A DNA stretch of 64,000 nucleotides from Alphaproteobacteria bacterium (GCA_015062495.1 SUUN01000002.1:159210-223209); one strand, 5' to 3'. Counted from the first letter of the stretch, positions 49,560-58,600 are shown. The notes: generated by a model from the letters alone, not told the origin. Program-made: numbers and translations.

Positions 49560-50216
49560 ATGAAACTAAAAGCTTTTTATTTTCTGTCATTATGTTGTCT
49601 GCTGACTGGATGTGTTGAAAGCGCAAGGACCAAGTATTTGTCTTTTTATATTGATGTTCCAAAACAAGATCCAAGTCCGTCCAAAGCAGTGTTTTCCTCG
49701 GTTGTACCTACTGACGGTCCGGATGGTGTATGCATATACAAAAATGGTAAGTGCGATAATTCCAATCTAGATTTTTTGATAAAAGATTTTAAGAAAGAAT
49801 TTGATTCAGATTTTATAGCAACATACTATGCTCTTAAGGTAAACGATAATACAAACAAATTCCAAGGCTGTGGATATATGTTTATGGATTCAGAAATAAA
49901 AGAACATGAAAATGAATACGAAACCAAATCGAACAACTTGGTTTTGAGAACCTGGGCAACTTGTCCGACAGAATCAACATTTGATTATCGAACATATGTT
50001 TTTTACAAAAATAAAGAAATCGGTACAGTAAACTTATTGAATTCTGTCTATGACGAAGAAAACAGGGAATGGGTCAAAGAGATTGTGCCAAAAATAGCAT
50101 TGTGTGCAGCCAAAACTGGTTTTAAGGGCGTAATTGGTGGCGAGGAATATTTTGTTGAAAGGCCAAAAAGTCCCTCTATGGAAGAGTTTTTTGATCAATG
50201 TGGTATGGATTGGTAA
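49560..50216 (+). CDS. islet lipoprotein, hypothetical
   Basis: LSLCCLLTGC lipobox; 218 aa; foreign codon usage. Confidence 0.5.
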   Translation: MKLKAFYFLSLCCLLTGCVESARTKYLSFYIDVPKQDPSPSKAVFSSVVPTDGPDGVCIYKNGKCDNSNLDFLIKDFKKEFDSDFIATYYALKVNDNTNKFQGCGYMFMDSEIKEHENEYETKSNNLVLRTWATCPTESTFDYRTYVFYKNKEIGTVNLLNSVYDEENREWVKEIVPKIALCAAKTGFKGVIGGEEYFVERPKSPSMEEFFDQCGMDW

Positions 50217-50218
50217 AA

Positions 50219-50842
50219 ATGAAATTAAAAACAATAAGCATTTGTCTGTTTTTTATAATAATTGGTTGGAATTGTAATGCAAAAACATTTTCAACAGCAG
50301 AACATCCAAAAAGCAAGGGAATAGAGTTAAATATTGAATATCCTGATCATTGGATATTTGCATCAGGTAAAAGACCAAACACTCTTGCAACATTTACCAG
50401 CGATTACAACAATGAGACTACAGATTATTCAAATGCTGTTTGCGTGCTAACGATTAAAGAATTTACGGACGCGGAAGAACTTTTGGAAAGGACGCCAACA
50501 AAATCTGATTGGGAAGAAATAATCGTTTACATAAAAGATAATACGGCTATTGAGTTTTTTGAATCAACCTATCAAAATGCCAAAGTACTATCTTCAAAAA
50601 TGACTTATTTTGATAAACAACCCGGCTTTATCGCAGAAGGAACTGGGTTAGCAGTCCGCGCCGGTCAAGAAATGTTCGCTCATGGCAATGTATACTTTTT
50701 TGGATATGAAAATAAAGTTATAGCAATATCATGCAGCACTTATGCTTTTACACAAGAGGCAGCTGACAAGAGATTTGAAATAGAGAAACAAAACTTTGCA
50801 TTTGTGGCCAACAGTATTATTGTTATGAATCAATATAAATAA
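50219..50842 (+). CDS. islet secreted protein, hypothetical
   Basis: start at MKLKTISICLFFIIIGWNCNA (signal peptide), 2 nt after upstream stop. Confidence 0.5.
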   Translation: MKLKTISICLFFIIIGWNCNAKTFSTAEHPKSKGIELNIEYPDHWIFASGKRPNTLATFTSDYNNETTDYSNAVCVLTIKEFTDAEELLERTPTKSDWEEIIVYIKDNTAIEFFESTYQNAKVLSSKMTYFDKQPGFIAEGTGLAVRAGQEMFAHGNVYFFGYENKVIAISCSTYAFTQEAADKRFEIEKQNFAFVANSIIVMNQYK

Positions 50843-50879
50843 AACACCAAAAATTTACCAAAACATTACCAAGACAAGT

Positions 50880-51089
50880 GTGTTGTATATTGTAAATAAT
50901 ACAACAAAGGAAATCATAATGTATGAAAATTTTAACAACAATGACATATTAGCCGCCGGGGGCCTGAAAATGATTTTAGACCTTAAGCAAATAGACAAAG
51001 AAACCGCAGATCGCATAGAGCTGTTGATTAAATATATGATACGCCAACAACTTGATGATCACAGACAACATATAATAATGGGCGTTTAA
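50880..51089 (+). CDS. islet small helical ORF (possible start at 50919, 56 aa)
   Basis: RBS aaaggaaatcataATG at internal Met. Confidence 0.3.
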   Translation: MLYIVNNTTKEIIMYENFNNNDILAAGGLKMILDLKQIDKETADRIELLIKYMIRQQLDDHRQHIIMGV

Positions 51090-51095
51090 GATACT

Positions 51096-51281
51096 TTGCC
51101 TCCTGTATTTGTACGCGGACTTCGCGTGTCGGCATTATATCTTGACGACCAGGATTTACAAAAAGAGGTTTCTAAATTCCTGGACGAACCAAATATGAAA
51201 AACCTTGAAGACATCATACACAAACTCGATGAATCAATAGCCAAAAAGCAATTAGACAAATTATTAAAGAAAAACAGATAA
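51096..51281 (+). CDS. islet small helical ORF (61 aa)
   Basis: ORF only. Confidence 0.25.
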   Translation: MPPVFVRGLRVSALYLDDQDLQKEVSKFLDEPNMKNLEDIIHKLDESIAKKQLDKLLKKNR

Positions 51282-51430
51282 ATGCCAAAAAAATAGGCTG
51301 TGGTTTTGTTTGTGTTCCAAAGATAGAATCGAATTAACCGATTCGATTTAACAAAACGAAAAAAAATCAACAAATTTTATGTTTGTCTACAAATAGTTTT
51401 TTGTTGATTTTTTCATTTTTTTATGATAAA

Positions 51431-51467
51431 GTTGCTAGCATGAACGCAAAGAAAATTTGCTAGCAAC
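51431..51467. promoter_or_regulatory. perfect 10-bp inverted repeat (putative operator) ~100 bp upstream of the ATPase gene
   Basis: gttgctagca-N17-tgctagcaac in AT-rich region 51290-51570. Confidence 0.4.
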
Positions 51468-51571
51468 TCAAACCATCTTTTTTTGGTGGTTTTTTTTATT
51501 AGAAAAATATAGAATAAACTTGAGAAATGCTATTTATGTAGTATATTTTCTCTAAAAACAAGGTATTACAT

Positions 51572-52885
51572 ATGCAAATAACTCTGAAAAATGTTGGGTA
51601 TATAAAAGAAGCCAAAGTGGATTTAGTTGGCTTAAATGTAATTGCTGGTCCAAACGGAACAGGTAAAAGCACCGTTGGCAAAACTGTTTTTTCAATAATA
51701 AAATCCATAAGTGAAAGAAACGCAATTATAAAAGAGCATAGAACAGAAATTATAAAAGGTTTATGTAGCTCAATTTTTTATGCTATACAAAACAACTTGG
51801 ATATCAAAGGGCTAACCACTAAAGACCCATCATACAGAGACTTGAGCATCCTGATGGATAACTTTAACTATAGACCTTTTGCTATGACATTGATAAGATG
51901 TCTAGAATCCAATTCTTTTATAGATGCCAGAAATCGCATAGTAAAAAATATAGCTTTAGTCGATTCTATGGAGACTTTAGACAACAAAAGTAAGTTATCT
52001 GCCAAAAGGCTTTTAGATAATTTGTTGAGTGTTTTTGTAGAAATCAACGATAATGATGCTATAACAAAATCTCTACAATATATGTATCAAGAAATATTTA
52101 GAGAACAGATCAACAATATCAACACTCACGAAACATCTGAAGTTTTGTTCGAGAATAACGGTTCTACCCTAGAATACATGGTTTCTAATAATGCGGAAAT
52201 ACTGCCATTTTCAGAGAGGTTCAAAATTCTTAATTTAGACTCTCCTCTAAAAGAAAGCATTTTTCCTAGAGTTACATTTGTTGAAACCCCTCTTGTCTTA
52301 CAAGTATCAGAATGTAGCGGATTGCCTTTGTATTGGAGTGACCTACTTTCAAAATTGAAAATTGATATAAATACTGCTAATACAGGTATTAACAAATGGG
52401 TCTATGATGAAATTTCTGATATTCTTGGTGGCGAACTGATTCATATATCAGAAAAACAAGAATTTTATTTTATCCCAAAAGGCACCAGCAATAAACTATA
52501 TGTCAACAATATGGCCTCAGGTGAAAAATTATTTGGCATTTTACAAAGATTATCAAAAATGGGCTTTTTGTCTTCTGATCATTTGTTAATTTTTGACGAA
52601 CCAGAAAACCATTTACACCCTCAATGGCAAGTAAAACTTGCAGAAATATTGGTTTCTCTTGTTGAGAATAATATTTCCGTATTATTAACAACACACAGCT
52701 CTACACTAATAAGTGCCTTACGACAATTTGCAAAATCTAAAGACGTTGTAAAAAAGACAAAATTTTATTTTGCTGATCCTGAAAATAAAAAGATAACAAA
52801 CGTAAATTCCCTTAATGAAAAAGGCGAAGATGTTATTTACAAATCTTTTTATGAGTCTAAAAAATTTTTGCCAGAGTTCAAATAA
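51572..52885 (+). CDS. ABC/OLD-type (AAA_15/AAA_21-like) ATPase, candidate defense-system component
   Basis: 437 aa; Walker A GPNGTGKST, signature-like NMASGEKLFGIL, Walker B/D-loop LLIFDEPENHLHP, H-loop TTHS. Confidence 0.8.
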   Translation: MQITLKNVGYIKEAKVDLVGLNVIAGPNGTGKSTVGKTVFSIIKSISERNAIIKEHRTEIIKGLCSSIFYAIQNNLDIKGLTTKDPSYRDLSILMDNFNYRPFAMTLIRCLESNSFIDARNRIVKNIALVDSMETLDNKSKLSAKRLLDNLLSVFVEINDNDAITKSLQYMYQEIFREQINNINTHETSEVLFENNGSTLEYMVSNNAEILPFSERFKILNLDSPLKESIFPRVTFVETPLVLQVSECSGLPLYWSDLLSKLKIDINTANTGINKWVYDEISDILGGELIHISEKQEFYFIPKGTSNKLYVNNMASGEKLFGILQRLSKMGFLSSDHLLIFDEPENHLHPQWQVKLAEILVSLVENNISVLLTTHSSTLISALRQFAKSKDVVKKTKFYFADPENKKITNVNSLNEKGEDVIYKSFYESKKFLPEFK

Positions 52886-52886
52886 A

Positions 52887-53441
52887 ATGAAAAAATCAAC
52901 ACCTGTTTGTAGTATTTGTAACAGTGAAAAATCCTTATGTGGTTGCTGTGAGGCAGAGAATATCACATCGAACAAAGATTGGAGCTGCAAAGAAAAAAAT
53001 GATTATAATTTTTTAAATCAATGTATTTTTTGTGAAGGAAAACATCTGTGCTCAACAGGAAGCAATCCAGATTGTATCTATAAATATAACGGTAATTACG
53101 TAGCTGCTATAGAGATTAAAGACCAACCAGAAAACAGTATAGAATACAATATTCTTGTAAAAAAAATAAAAAATTTCTATGACAAGTCTATTGAACAAAA
53201 CTTAATTCCTTCTGTTTTTATTTTACAAATATCAAACGCAAAAAATACAGATGAAGGATTATACTCGTTACAAGACTCATGTACTTATGGTCTAGGCAAC
53301 TACGGTTTTTCAATTGGATATGGAGGAACATTATTCAGTTCAAATGAAAATTTAGCTTACATAAAATGTAGGTTTTTTGTTGTAAAATGCGCCGAATTAA
53401 CAGAAGATTTGTTTTTTCAATTACTACAAACCGACGCATAG
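52887..53441 (+). CDS. Cys-rich Zn-ribbon protein with putative PD-(D/E)xK-like core, coupled partner of the ATPase
   Basis: ATG 1 nt after ATPase stop; CSICNSEKSLCGCC...CIFCEGKHLC; NPDCIYKYNGNYVAAIEIKD (PD...ExK spacing); no clear HNH motif. Confidence 0.55.
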   Translation: MKKSTPVCSICNSEKSLCGCCEAENITSNKDWSCKEKNDYNFLNQCIFCEGKHLCSTGSNPDCIYKYNGNYVAAIEIKDQPENSIEYNILVKKIKNFYDKSIEQNLIPSVFILQISNAKNTDEGLYSLQDSCTYGLGNYGFSIGYGGTLFSSNENLAYIKCRFFVVKCAELTEDLFFQLLQTDA

Positions 53442-53580
53442 TGCGTATACAAAAATACTATCAACAATAAATATTTTTTTAGAAAAAAACACTTGATTCA
53501 ACCATTGTTAGAATTTTATACAAGCATGAATTATATATTTCTATATCCAGCACATATACATATCTGCCAAAGAGCAAAAC

Positions 53581-53616
53581 TTAAAAAACACCGCCTATTT
53601 GGGGCGGTGTTTTTAA
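53581..53616 (+). terminator. rho-independent terminator after islet two-gene cassette
   Basis: aaaaaacaccgcctatttggggcggtgtttttaa. Confidence 0.75.
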
Positions 53617-53847
53617 TTATATTTATATTACTTTTGTAAAGAGTCATACCCCTTTGTAAACCTTTGTCATTCTTCGCAAGCTTTTGTCGCGACTTTCTGT
53701 TTGTTTCCCTTTATAATTCATAGTGTAAAACAAGCAAAAGGATTACACATGTAAATATATTTTCTATGTCCGAAATTATGTCCAGTATATGTAAACACAT
53801 CTGCTAAAAATTACAAATTCGGGCGAAACTGAGAACTTTTTGCTAAA

Positions 53848-53873
53848 TAAAAAATCCCGGTTAACCGGGAAAT
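53848..53873 (-). terminator. rho-independent terminator immediately 3' of tRNA-Met
   Basis: minus strand: tcccggttaaccgggatttttt. Confidence 0.7.
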
Positions 53874-53875
53874 TC

Positions 53876-53950
53876 TGGTAGCAGCGGAGGGATTCGGACC
53901 CCCGACCAAAGGATTATGATTCCTCTGCTCTACCACTGAGCTACGCTGCC
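53876..53950 (-). tRNA. tRNA-Met (anticodon CAT; elongator type; tRNA-Ile2 not excluded), 75 nt, CCA encoded
   Basis: GGCAGCGTAGCTCAGTGGTAGAGCAGAGGAATCATAATCCTTTGGTCGGGGGTCCGAATCCCTCCGCTGCTACCA; anticodon stem GAGGA/TCCTT lacks the initiator 3xGC. Confidence 0.85.
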
Positions 53951-54087
53951 AAGCGTCACGCATTATAACAACATTTTTTTCAAAAGCAAGAAAAACAAAC
54001 ACGCCGATTTTATTCGTATTTACAATCATTATTTTTTTTAACAAAATAGATTTGAACCCAACCCTAATTTATGGTATCATACACCTT

Positions 54088-54645
54088 ATGAAAAAATTCT
54101 TGTGTAGTTTGTTAATAATATCTGCTGCGACAACCGCCCACGCAGACACAAACCCGTTTTTTAATGGATACGACAACCAAATTGCTCTCAATTTCGGCTG
54201 GGGCGTGGACAGTGGTTTTCTGTTACCTGCACCTGTTCGATGGGCACCATTTATCATGCTGAACGCTGGCTATTCTCAGCCAACTGAATTTTTTCGCCTG
54301 CCAGCGCGCCGCACATTAAACATAACCCAGACATTGGGCATGGGCACATCGCGCGGATGGCATTGGGACAAATATACGATTCCAATCGTCACTCTGTCCG
54401 AAGACGTTATATTGGCACACGGTAAAAACTGGTATTTCTATTCCGGCCTGGCCGTCGGCATGCAAGCTCAGCAAAATGAACGCATTGGTTCAAAATTACT
54501 GTTTGGATTTAAACTGGGCACTGGTTATAAACTGTCTGAATGCACAAATCTGGAATTGTTTATGCAACACTATTCTAACGGCAACACCGCGCCCGAGAAT
54601 AATTCATACGCATTCTTTGGTGCCGGCCTGACATATAATTTCTAA
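54088..54645 (+). CDS. PagL-like lipid A deacylase / acyloxyacyl hydrolase outer-membrane protein
   Basis: signal peptide; 8-strand barrel size; C-terminal HYSNG catalytic motif and terminal Phe. Confidence 0.55.
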   Translation: MKKFLCSLLIISAATTAHADTNPFFNGYDNQIALNFGWGVDSGFLLPAPVRWAPFIMLNAGYSQPTEFFRLPARRTLNITQTLGMGTSRGWHWDKYTIPIVTLSEDVILAHGKNWYFYSGLAVGMQAQQNERIGSKLLFGFKLGTGYKLSECTNLELFMQHYSNGNTAPENNSYAFFGAGLTYNF

Positions 54646-54663
54646 GGGGCGCATGGCGCAAAT

Positions 54664-55392
54664 TTACATAACGAAATCTTCGCCCAGGTAAACTTTTTTC
54701 ACCATTTCGTCCTGAACGATTTCAGACGTTGTGCCATGCTTTAATATTTTCCCATCATGCAACACATAACTGCGGTCGGTAATCCCCAGTGTTTCACGCA
54801 CATTATGGTCGGTAATAATCACCCCCAGCCCACGATTTTTCAATTGCGACACCAGGCTGCGAATTTCATTCACTGCAATTGGGTCAATACCCGCAAATGG
54901 TTCATCTAACAAGATAAATTTCGGATCATTTGCCAGTGCACGCGCAATTTCAACACGCCGTCTTTCACCACCCGACAGTGCCGTTGCCGGACTGCGCCGC
55001 AGTGACGTTATTGAAAATTCATCCAACAGCGAGTCCAGTTTTTTTATACGTTTTTTTCTGTCAGGTTCGACAACTTCCAGAATTGCCATAATATTCTGTT
55101 CCACTGTCAGTCCACGAAACACACTGTTTTCCTGGGGCAGATATCCGATATGCAACCGCGCCCGCTGATAAAAAGGCAAATGCGTTATATCCTGAGAATT
55201 CAAGAAAATCTGTCCACCGGTCGCCGCCAACTGTCCAGTTATACAATAAAATGCCGTGGTTTTTCCCGCACCATTTGGCCCCAACAGTCCAACCGACTCG
55301 CCCTGGCGGGCAATCAGTGACACATCTTTGATAACCATACGTTTACCGTACGATTTTGACAAATGTTCAACACGCAATACTGATTGTTTCAT
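54664..55392 (-). CDS. lptB: LPS export ABC transporter ATP-binding protein LptB
   Basis: Walker A GPNGAGKTT, signature LSGGERRR, Walker B ILLDEPFAG. Confidence 0.85.
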   Translation of the reverse strand: MKQSVLRVEHLSKSYGKRMVIKDVSLIARQGESVGLLGPNGAGKTTAFYCITGQLAATGGQIFLNSQDITHLPFYQRARLHIGYLPQENSVFRGLTVEQNIMAILEVVEPDRKKRIKKLDSLLDEFSITSLRRSPATALSGGERRRVEIARALANDPKFILLDEPFAGIDPIAVNEIRSLVSQLKNRGLGVIITDHNVRETLGITDRSYVLHDGKILKHGTTSEIVQDEMVKKVYLGEDFVM

Positions 55393-55868
55393 AGCCTTAT
55401 CACCAATTCATCTGTACGCAGTTTATCCCCATTACTGGAATCCACCCGCACATTTCCACTAAGTGTTATTGTTTTTTTTCGTCTGTTATATTGTCCACGA
55501 TTTGCGGTAATATTGTCTGTTATTTTGACTTCATTTGTTGTTCGCCGCAAAGTCCCCGACACAGTATCCATAAATATCACATCTGGGTTATCATATTCCT
55601 GATACCCTGTTTTAGCACGCAATTTAAATGGTTCACCATTTTTATCCGTCCCCACAAACGACGCACCGGACATTTTAAACTGATTACTGACAATATCCGT
55701 CATATTTATCGCCGATATTGGCGTCCACAAAATCTGTTTTGTAAACAGTGACCCCGCAACCAACGCCGCCACCATTACCAGTCCCCATCCTGTAAAAAAG
55801 AACTGCCACAGACGTTTCAACCGTCTGTGTTTTGTAAATATAATAAAATTGCGTTTATCTTTGTGCAC
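55389..55868 (-). CDS. LptC-like (TM-anchored OstA-fold) LPS transport protein
   Basis: N-terminal TM anchor + beta-jellyroll-sized periplasmic domain; overlaps lptB start by 4 nt. Confidence 0.5.
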   Translation of the reverse strand: MHKDKRNFIIFTKHRRLKRLWQFFFTGWGLVMVAALVAGSLFTKQILWTPISAINMTDIVSNQFKMSGASFVGTDKNGEPFKLRAKTGYQEYDNPDVIFMDTVSGTLRRTTNEVKITDNITANRGQYNRRKKTITLSGNVRVDSSNGDKLRTDELVIRL

Positions 55869-55954
55869 ATTCTCAGTTTAGTCCCTAAATAACGAAAATG
55901 CAATTTTTATATTTGTCGGGACTGTTTTTTGTGTTATAATTGAACCCAAGAGAG

Positions 55955-56761
55955 ATGAAGAAATTTTTACTGCTTTTTATCGGCACATTGTTCATGGCGC
56001 ACAATACCGCCATGGCGATTACTATTACCAAGGCTAAACCCGTCGCCACCAAACAAACATCCGTTACCGATAACACAGGCAGTTTGGTTGGCACTGTCGT
56101 CGGCCTGGTCAGCAGTGTAAAACAATTAACACAACAGCAAAAGGCCCTGACCGCCGAATGCATACCCAGCACAACTGAAATAAACTTTGTTAACACCACA
56201 ATCAAGGAATGGGCAAAAACCGGTGCTAAAACCGCAGACGAGGTTCAAACCACCCTTGGTATGAAGCGTTGCACCACCCCAACCGGTGGATACCAGGCAA
56301 ACGTCCGCCTTGCCGCCGGCACTGATGAAAAGGATATGCTATGCTATGACTGGTTCGGTGGCAGTGGTAACGAAGACATGGTATGGGAAAAATTTCCCAT
56401 GGCGGTCAGCACCTATTACTGTACCGACGGTTCTTTGACAACATGTTCAGATAAACATAAACAATATGTATCGAACATCTATGATGTATTTAATCTGATT
56501 GACTTTGACACATCAGACTATACCCAACAAGAAGCCAAGATGGCCGGCACCCTGATATCCAAGATTGAAAATTGTTCATACGCCAAATTAAACGCCAAGA
56601 AAAAGGCCCTGTGGGGTGATTTCCTGATTAATACCGTTGGCAACCTGGGTCAAAAGACCAACACTGGCACAATTATGCAAACGGTCAGCAGCACCGCCAA
56701 CAGCGGTGGCATGGGTGCACTGCAATCATTGGGCAGTATTGCAACCCAATTCATGCAATAA
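55955..56761 (+). CDS. hypothetical secreted protein
   Basis: signal peptide MKKFLLLFIGTLFMAHNTAMA; 8 Cys; terminator 56761-56790. Confidence 0.45.
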   Translation: MKKFLLLFIGTLFMAHNTAMAITITKAKPVATKQTSVTDNTGSLVGTVVGLVSSVKQLTQQQKALTAECIPSTTEINFVNTTIKEWAKTGAKTADEVQTTLGMKRCTTPTGGYQANVRLAAGTDEKDMLCYDWFGGSGNEDMVWEKFPMAVSTYYCTDGSLTTCSDKHKQYVSNIYDVFNLIDFDTSDYTQQEAKMAGTLISKIENCSYAKLNAKKKALWGDFLINTVGNLGQKTNTGTIMQTVSSTANSGGMGALQSLGSIATQFMQ

Positions 56762-56787
56762 CCCCCGCATAAAAACGGGGGATTTTT

Positions 56788-57471
56788 TTACCATTCTATC
56801 GGTGTTTCACCACAACTTTCCAGATATTGATTTGCGCGACTGAAATGTTTATTTCCAAAAAATCCACGATACGCCGACAGCGGTGACGGATGCGCACTTT
56901 TCAGCACCAGGTTTTTTTCCGGATTTACAAACGCTGCTTTTTTCTGGGCATAACTGCCCCACAGCATATAGACAATATTATCACGCGCACTAACCGCACT
57001 AATAACCGCGTCTGTAAATTCTTCCCATCCACGGCCTGCGTGCGATGCCGCTGCATGTGCCTGAACGGTTAATGTCGCATTTAACAATAACACGCCCTGG
57101 TTTGCCCAATGTGTCAAATCACCATTTGTAACCGATTTTCGCCCCAGGTCTGATTCAATCTCTTTATAAATATTTTGCAACGATGGCGGGATTGGCGTCG
57201 GTGGCAACACTGAAAAACAAAGTCCATGCGCCTGGCCTGGTTCATGATATGGATCTTGCCCGATGATTACAACTTTAACCTTATCCAACGGACACAAATT
57301 AAACGCATTAAAAATATTCTGTGGCGCAGGATACACCGTTTTCCCAGACAAATATTCCCCACGCACAAAGTCTGTTAATTTGATAAAATAATCCTTATCA
57401 AATTCCGCACCCAACGCATCTTTCCAAGATTGTTCAATTTTCACATTCATAGTTCTATCAACCTCAATCAA
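56788..57471 (-). CDS. ung: uracil-DNA glycosylase
   Basis: GQDPYH water-activating loop, HPSPLS motif. Confidence 0.9.
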   Translation of the reverse strand: MIEVDRTMNVKIEQSWKDALGAEFDKDYFIKLTDFVRGEYLSGKTVYPAPQNIFNAFNLCPLDKVKVVIIGQDPYHEPGQAHGLCFSVLPPTPIPPSLQNIYKEIESDLGRKSVTNGDLTHWANQGVLLLNATLTVQAHAAASHAGRGWEEFTDAVISAVSARDNIVYMLWGSYAQKKAAFVNPEKNLVLKSAHPSPLSAYRGFFGNKHFSRANQYLESCGETPIEW

Positions 57472-57488
57472 CTTTAAAATTAATTATA

Positions 57489-57630
57489 TCGCTACATGAC
57501 CGACGGTTTGTACAAGTAATCGTCCATACTTTTTTTTAAATTAATTTATATGAGATGAGTACGCCGCACAAACCAAAGGGAGTGTACCACTCGCTACATG
57601 ACCAGCGGTTTGTGCAAGCAATCGTCCATA
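57489..57630. repeat. two 40-bp direct repeats (57489-57528, 57591-57630) flanking a spacer with core-like AGTGTAC...GCTACATGA motif
   Basis: tcgctacatgaccgacggtttgtacaagtaatcgtccata / tcgctacatgaccagcggtttgtgcaagcaatcgtccata. Confidence 0.65.
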
Positions 57631-58265
57631 GAAATTAATTTTACCTGACAAGATTTCCATAACACCACATCTATATACCCACGCGGCAATCCGGTCTGTG
57701 CTACCAAATGCGCAAACATATCATCGCATGCACATTTTACATCCGGTGATAATTTAGCATTATCAATCAGCAAATTTTTCCCAACAAACGCACACCCCAG
57801 TCGCTGAATCCAAATATCATATTTCACAACATCTTCGCCCAGATTTCGCGCCAAATGATTTGCTGTTATTTTTCCAACATGTGGTAATTTTTGCAAAAAA
57901 TTTAATTTATCATCCAGTAATTCTAATTTGTAATATTCCCCGCGCAACTGTTCCCGATTTTCCCATATTTTACAAATCGCATTAATTTTATTTTTGTTGT
58001 TAAAAATTTTTATCAGTGCATCAAAATCTGCCCCGGCTGAATCTAAAACATTCATAATTTTTTCATGAATTTTTTTTGCTGTTTTTTGTGAAAACCCACC
58101 CGCCAGAATTACATAAGCACAGTGCCCCGCGAACGCATCTGCATCATAAATTTTTCGCGCACGCAGGTTTTCCAAAATCTCATCAAAACTTTGCGCATCA
58201 CTGTCCAACCCCGCATCACGCAGTCGCGCATCTAAACAAAAAAACCAATCCCGCGAAAAATCCAT
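57594..58265 (-). CDS. hypothetical protein with helix-hairpin-helix motif (DNA glycosylase-like?)
   Basis: LPHVGKITANHLARNLGE HhH-GPD-like segment; 3' end overlaps the direct repeat. Confidence 0.4.
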   Translation of the reverse strand: MDFSRDWFFCLDARLRDAGLDSDAQSFDEILENLRARKIYDADAFAGHCAYVILAGGFSQKTAKKIHEKIMNVLDSAGADFDALIKIFNNKNKINAICKIWENREQLRGEYYKLELLDDKLNFLQKLPHVGKITANHLARNLGEDVVKYDIWIQRLGCAFVGKNLLIDNAKLSPDVKCACDDMFAHLVAQTGLPRGYIDVVLWKSCQVKLISMDDCLHKPLVM

Positions 58266-58555
58266 TACCCGCGCCCACCATGCAATTCTGCGATTTGTTC
58301 CGGGGTCAGTTGCGGTTGCTGATTTTGCGCTGCCATCATATCGTTTAACTTATCAGTCCCCGCATTAAACTTACCCGCCGGCGATTCCAGTTCTGCAATA
58401 CGTTTTTTAATCCACTCAATCCGCGATTTTTTATGCCAAATTTGTGAATCAGACACCGCCGTTCCTAACGCTTCAATCTCGGCCTCTAATTTATGTAATT
58501 CCTCGGTCAGTTTTTCTTTCTCTGACCTGCCCCACTTAACAAATCCATCTGCCAT
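58265..58555 (-). CDS. hypothetical coiled-coil protein
   Basis: start at MADGFVKWG; helical. Confidence 0.4.
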   Translation of the reverse strand: MADGFVKWGRSEKEKLTEELHKLEAEIEALGTAVSDSQIWHKKSRIEWIKKRIAELESPAGKFNAGTDKLNDMMAAQNQQPQLTPEQIAELHGGRG

Positions 58556-58600
58556 AATAATCACCACAAATTTATGGCGCGGTCACCCGCGCCATTATCA

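Larger units (their letters stand above)
49192..53950. mobile_element. integrase-less tRNA-Met-associated genomic islet (~4.7 kb) with foreign composition
   Basis: bounded by complete tRNA-Met (53876-53950) and a direct repeat of its 3' half (49192-49233); interior more AT-rich with AGA/AGG/ATA codons rare in flanking genes. Confidence 0.65.

Noticed and set aside
52815-52886. Upstream extension of the islet partner gene (MKKAKMLFTNLF...) overlapping the ATPase 3' end
   Set aside because: Start at 52887 gives classic stop-start coupling; the extension is out of context inside the ATPase gene
53811-54044. 77-aa ORF spanning the tRNA-Met gene
   Set aside because: Overlaps a confidently folded tRNA and its terminator
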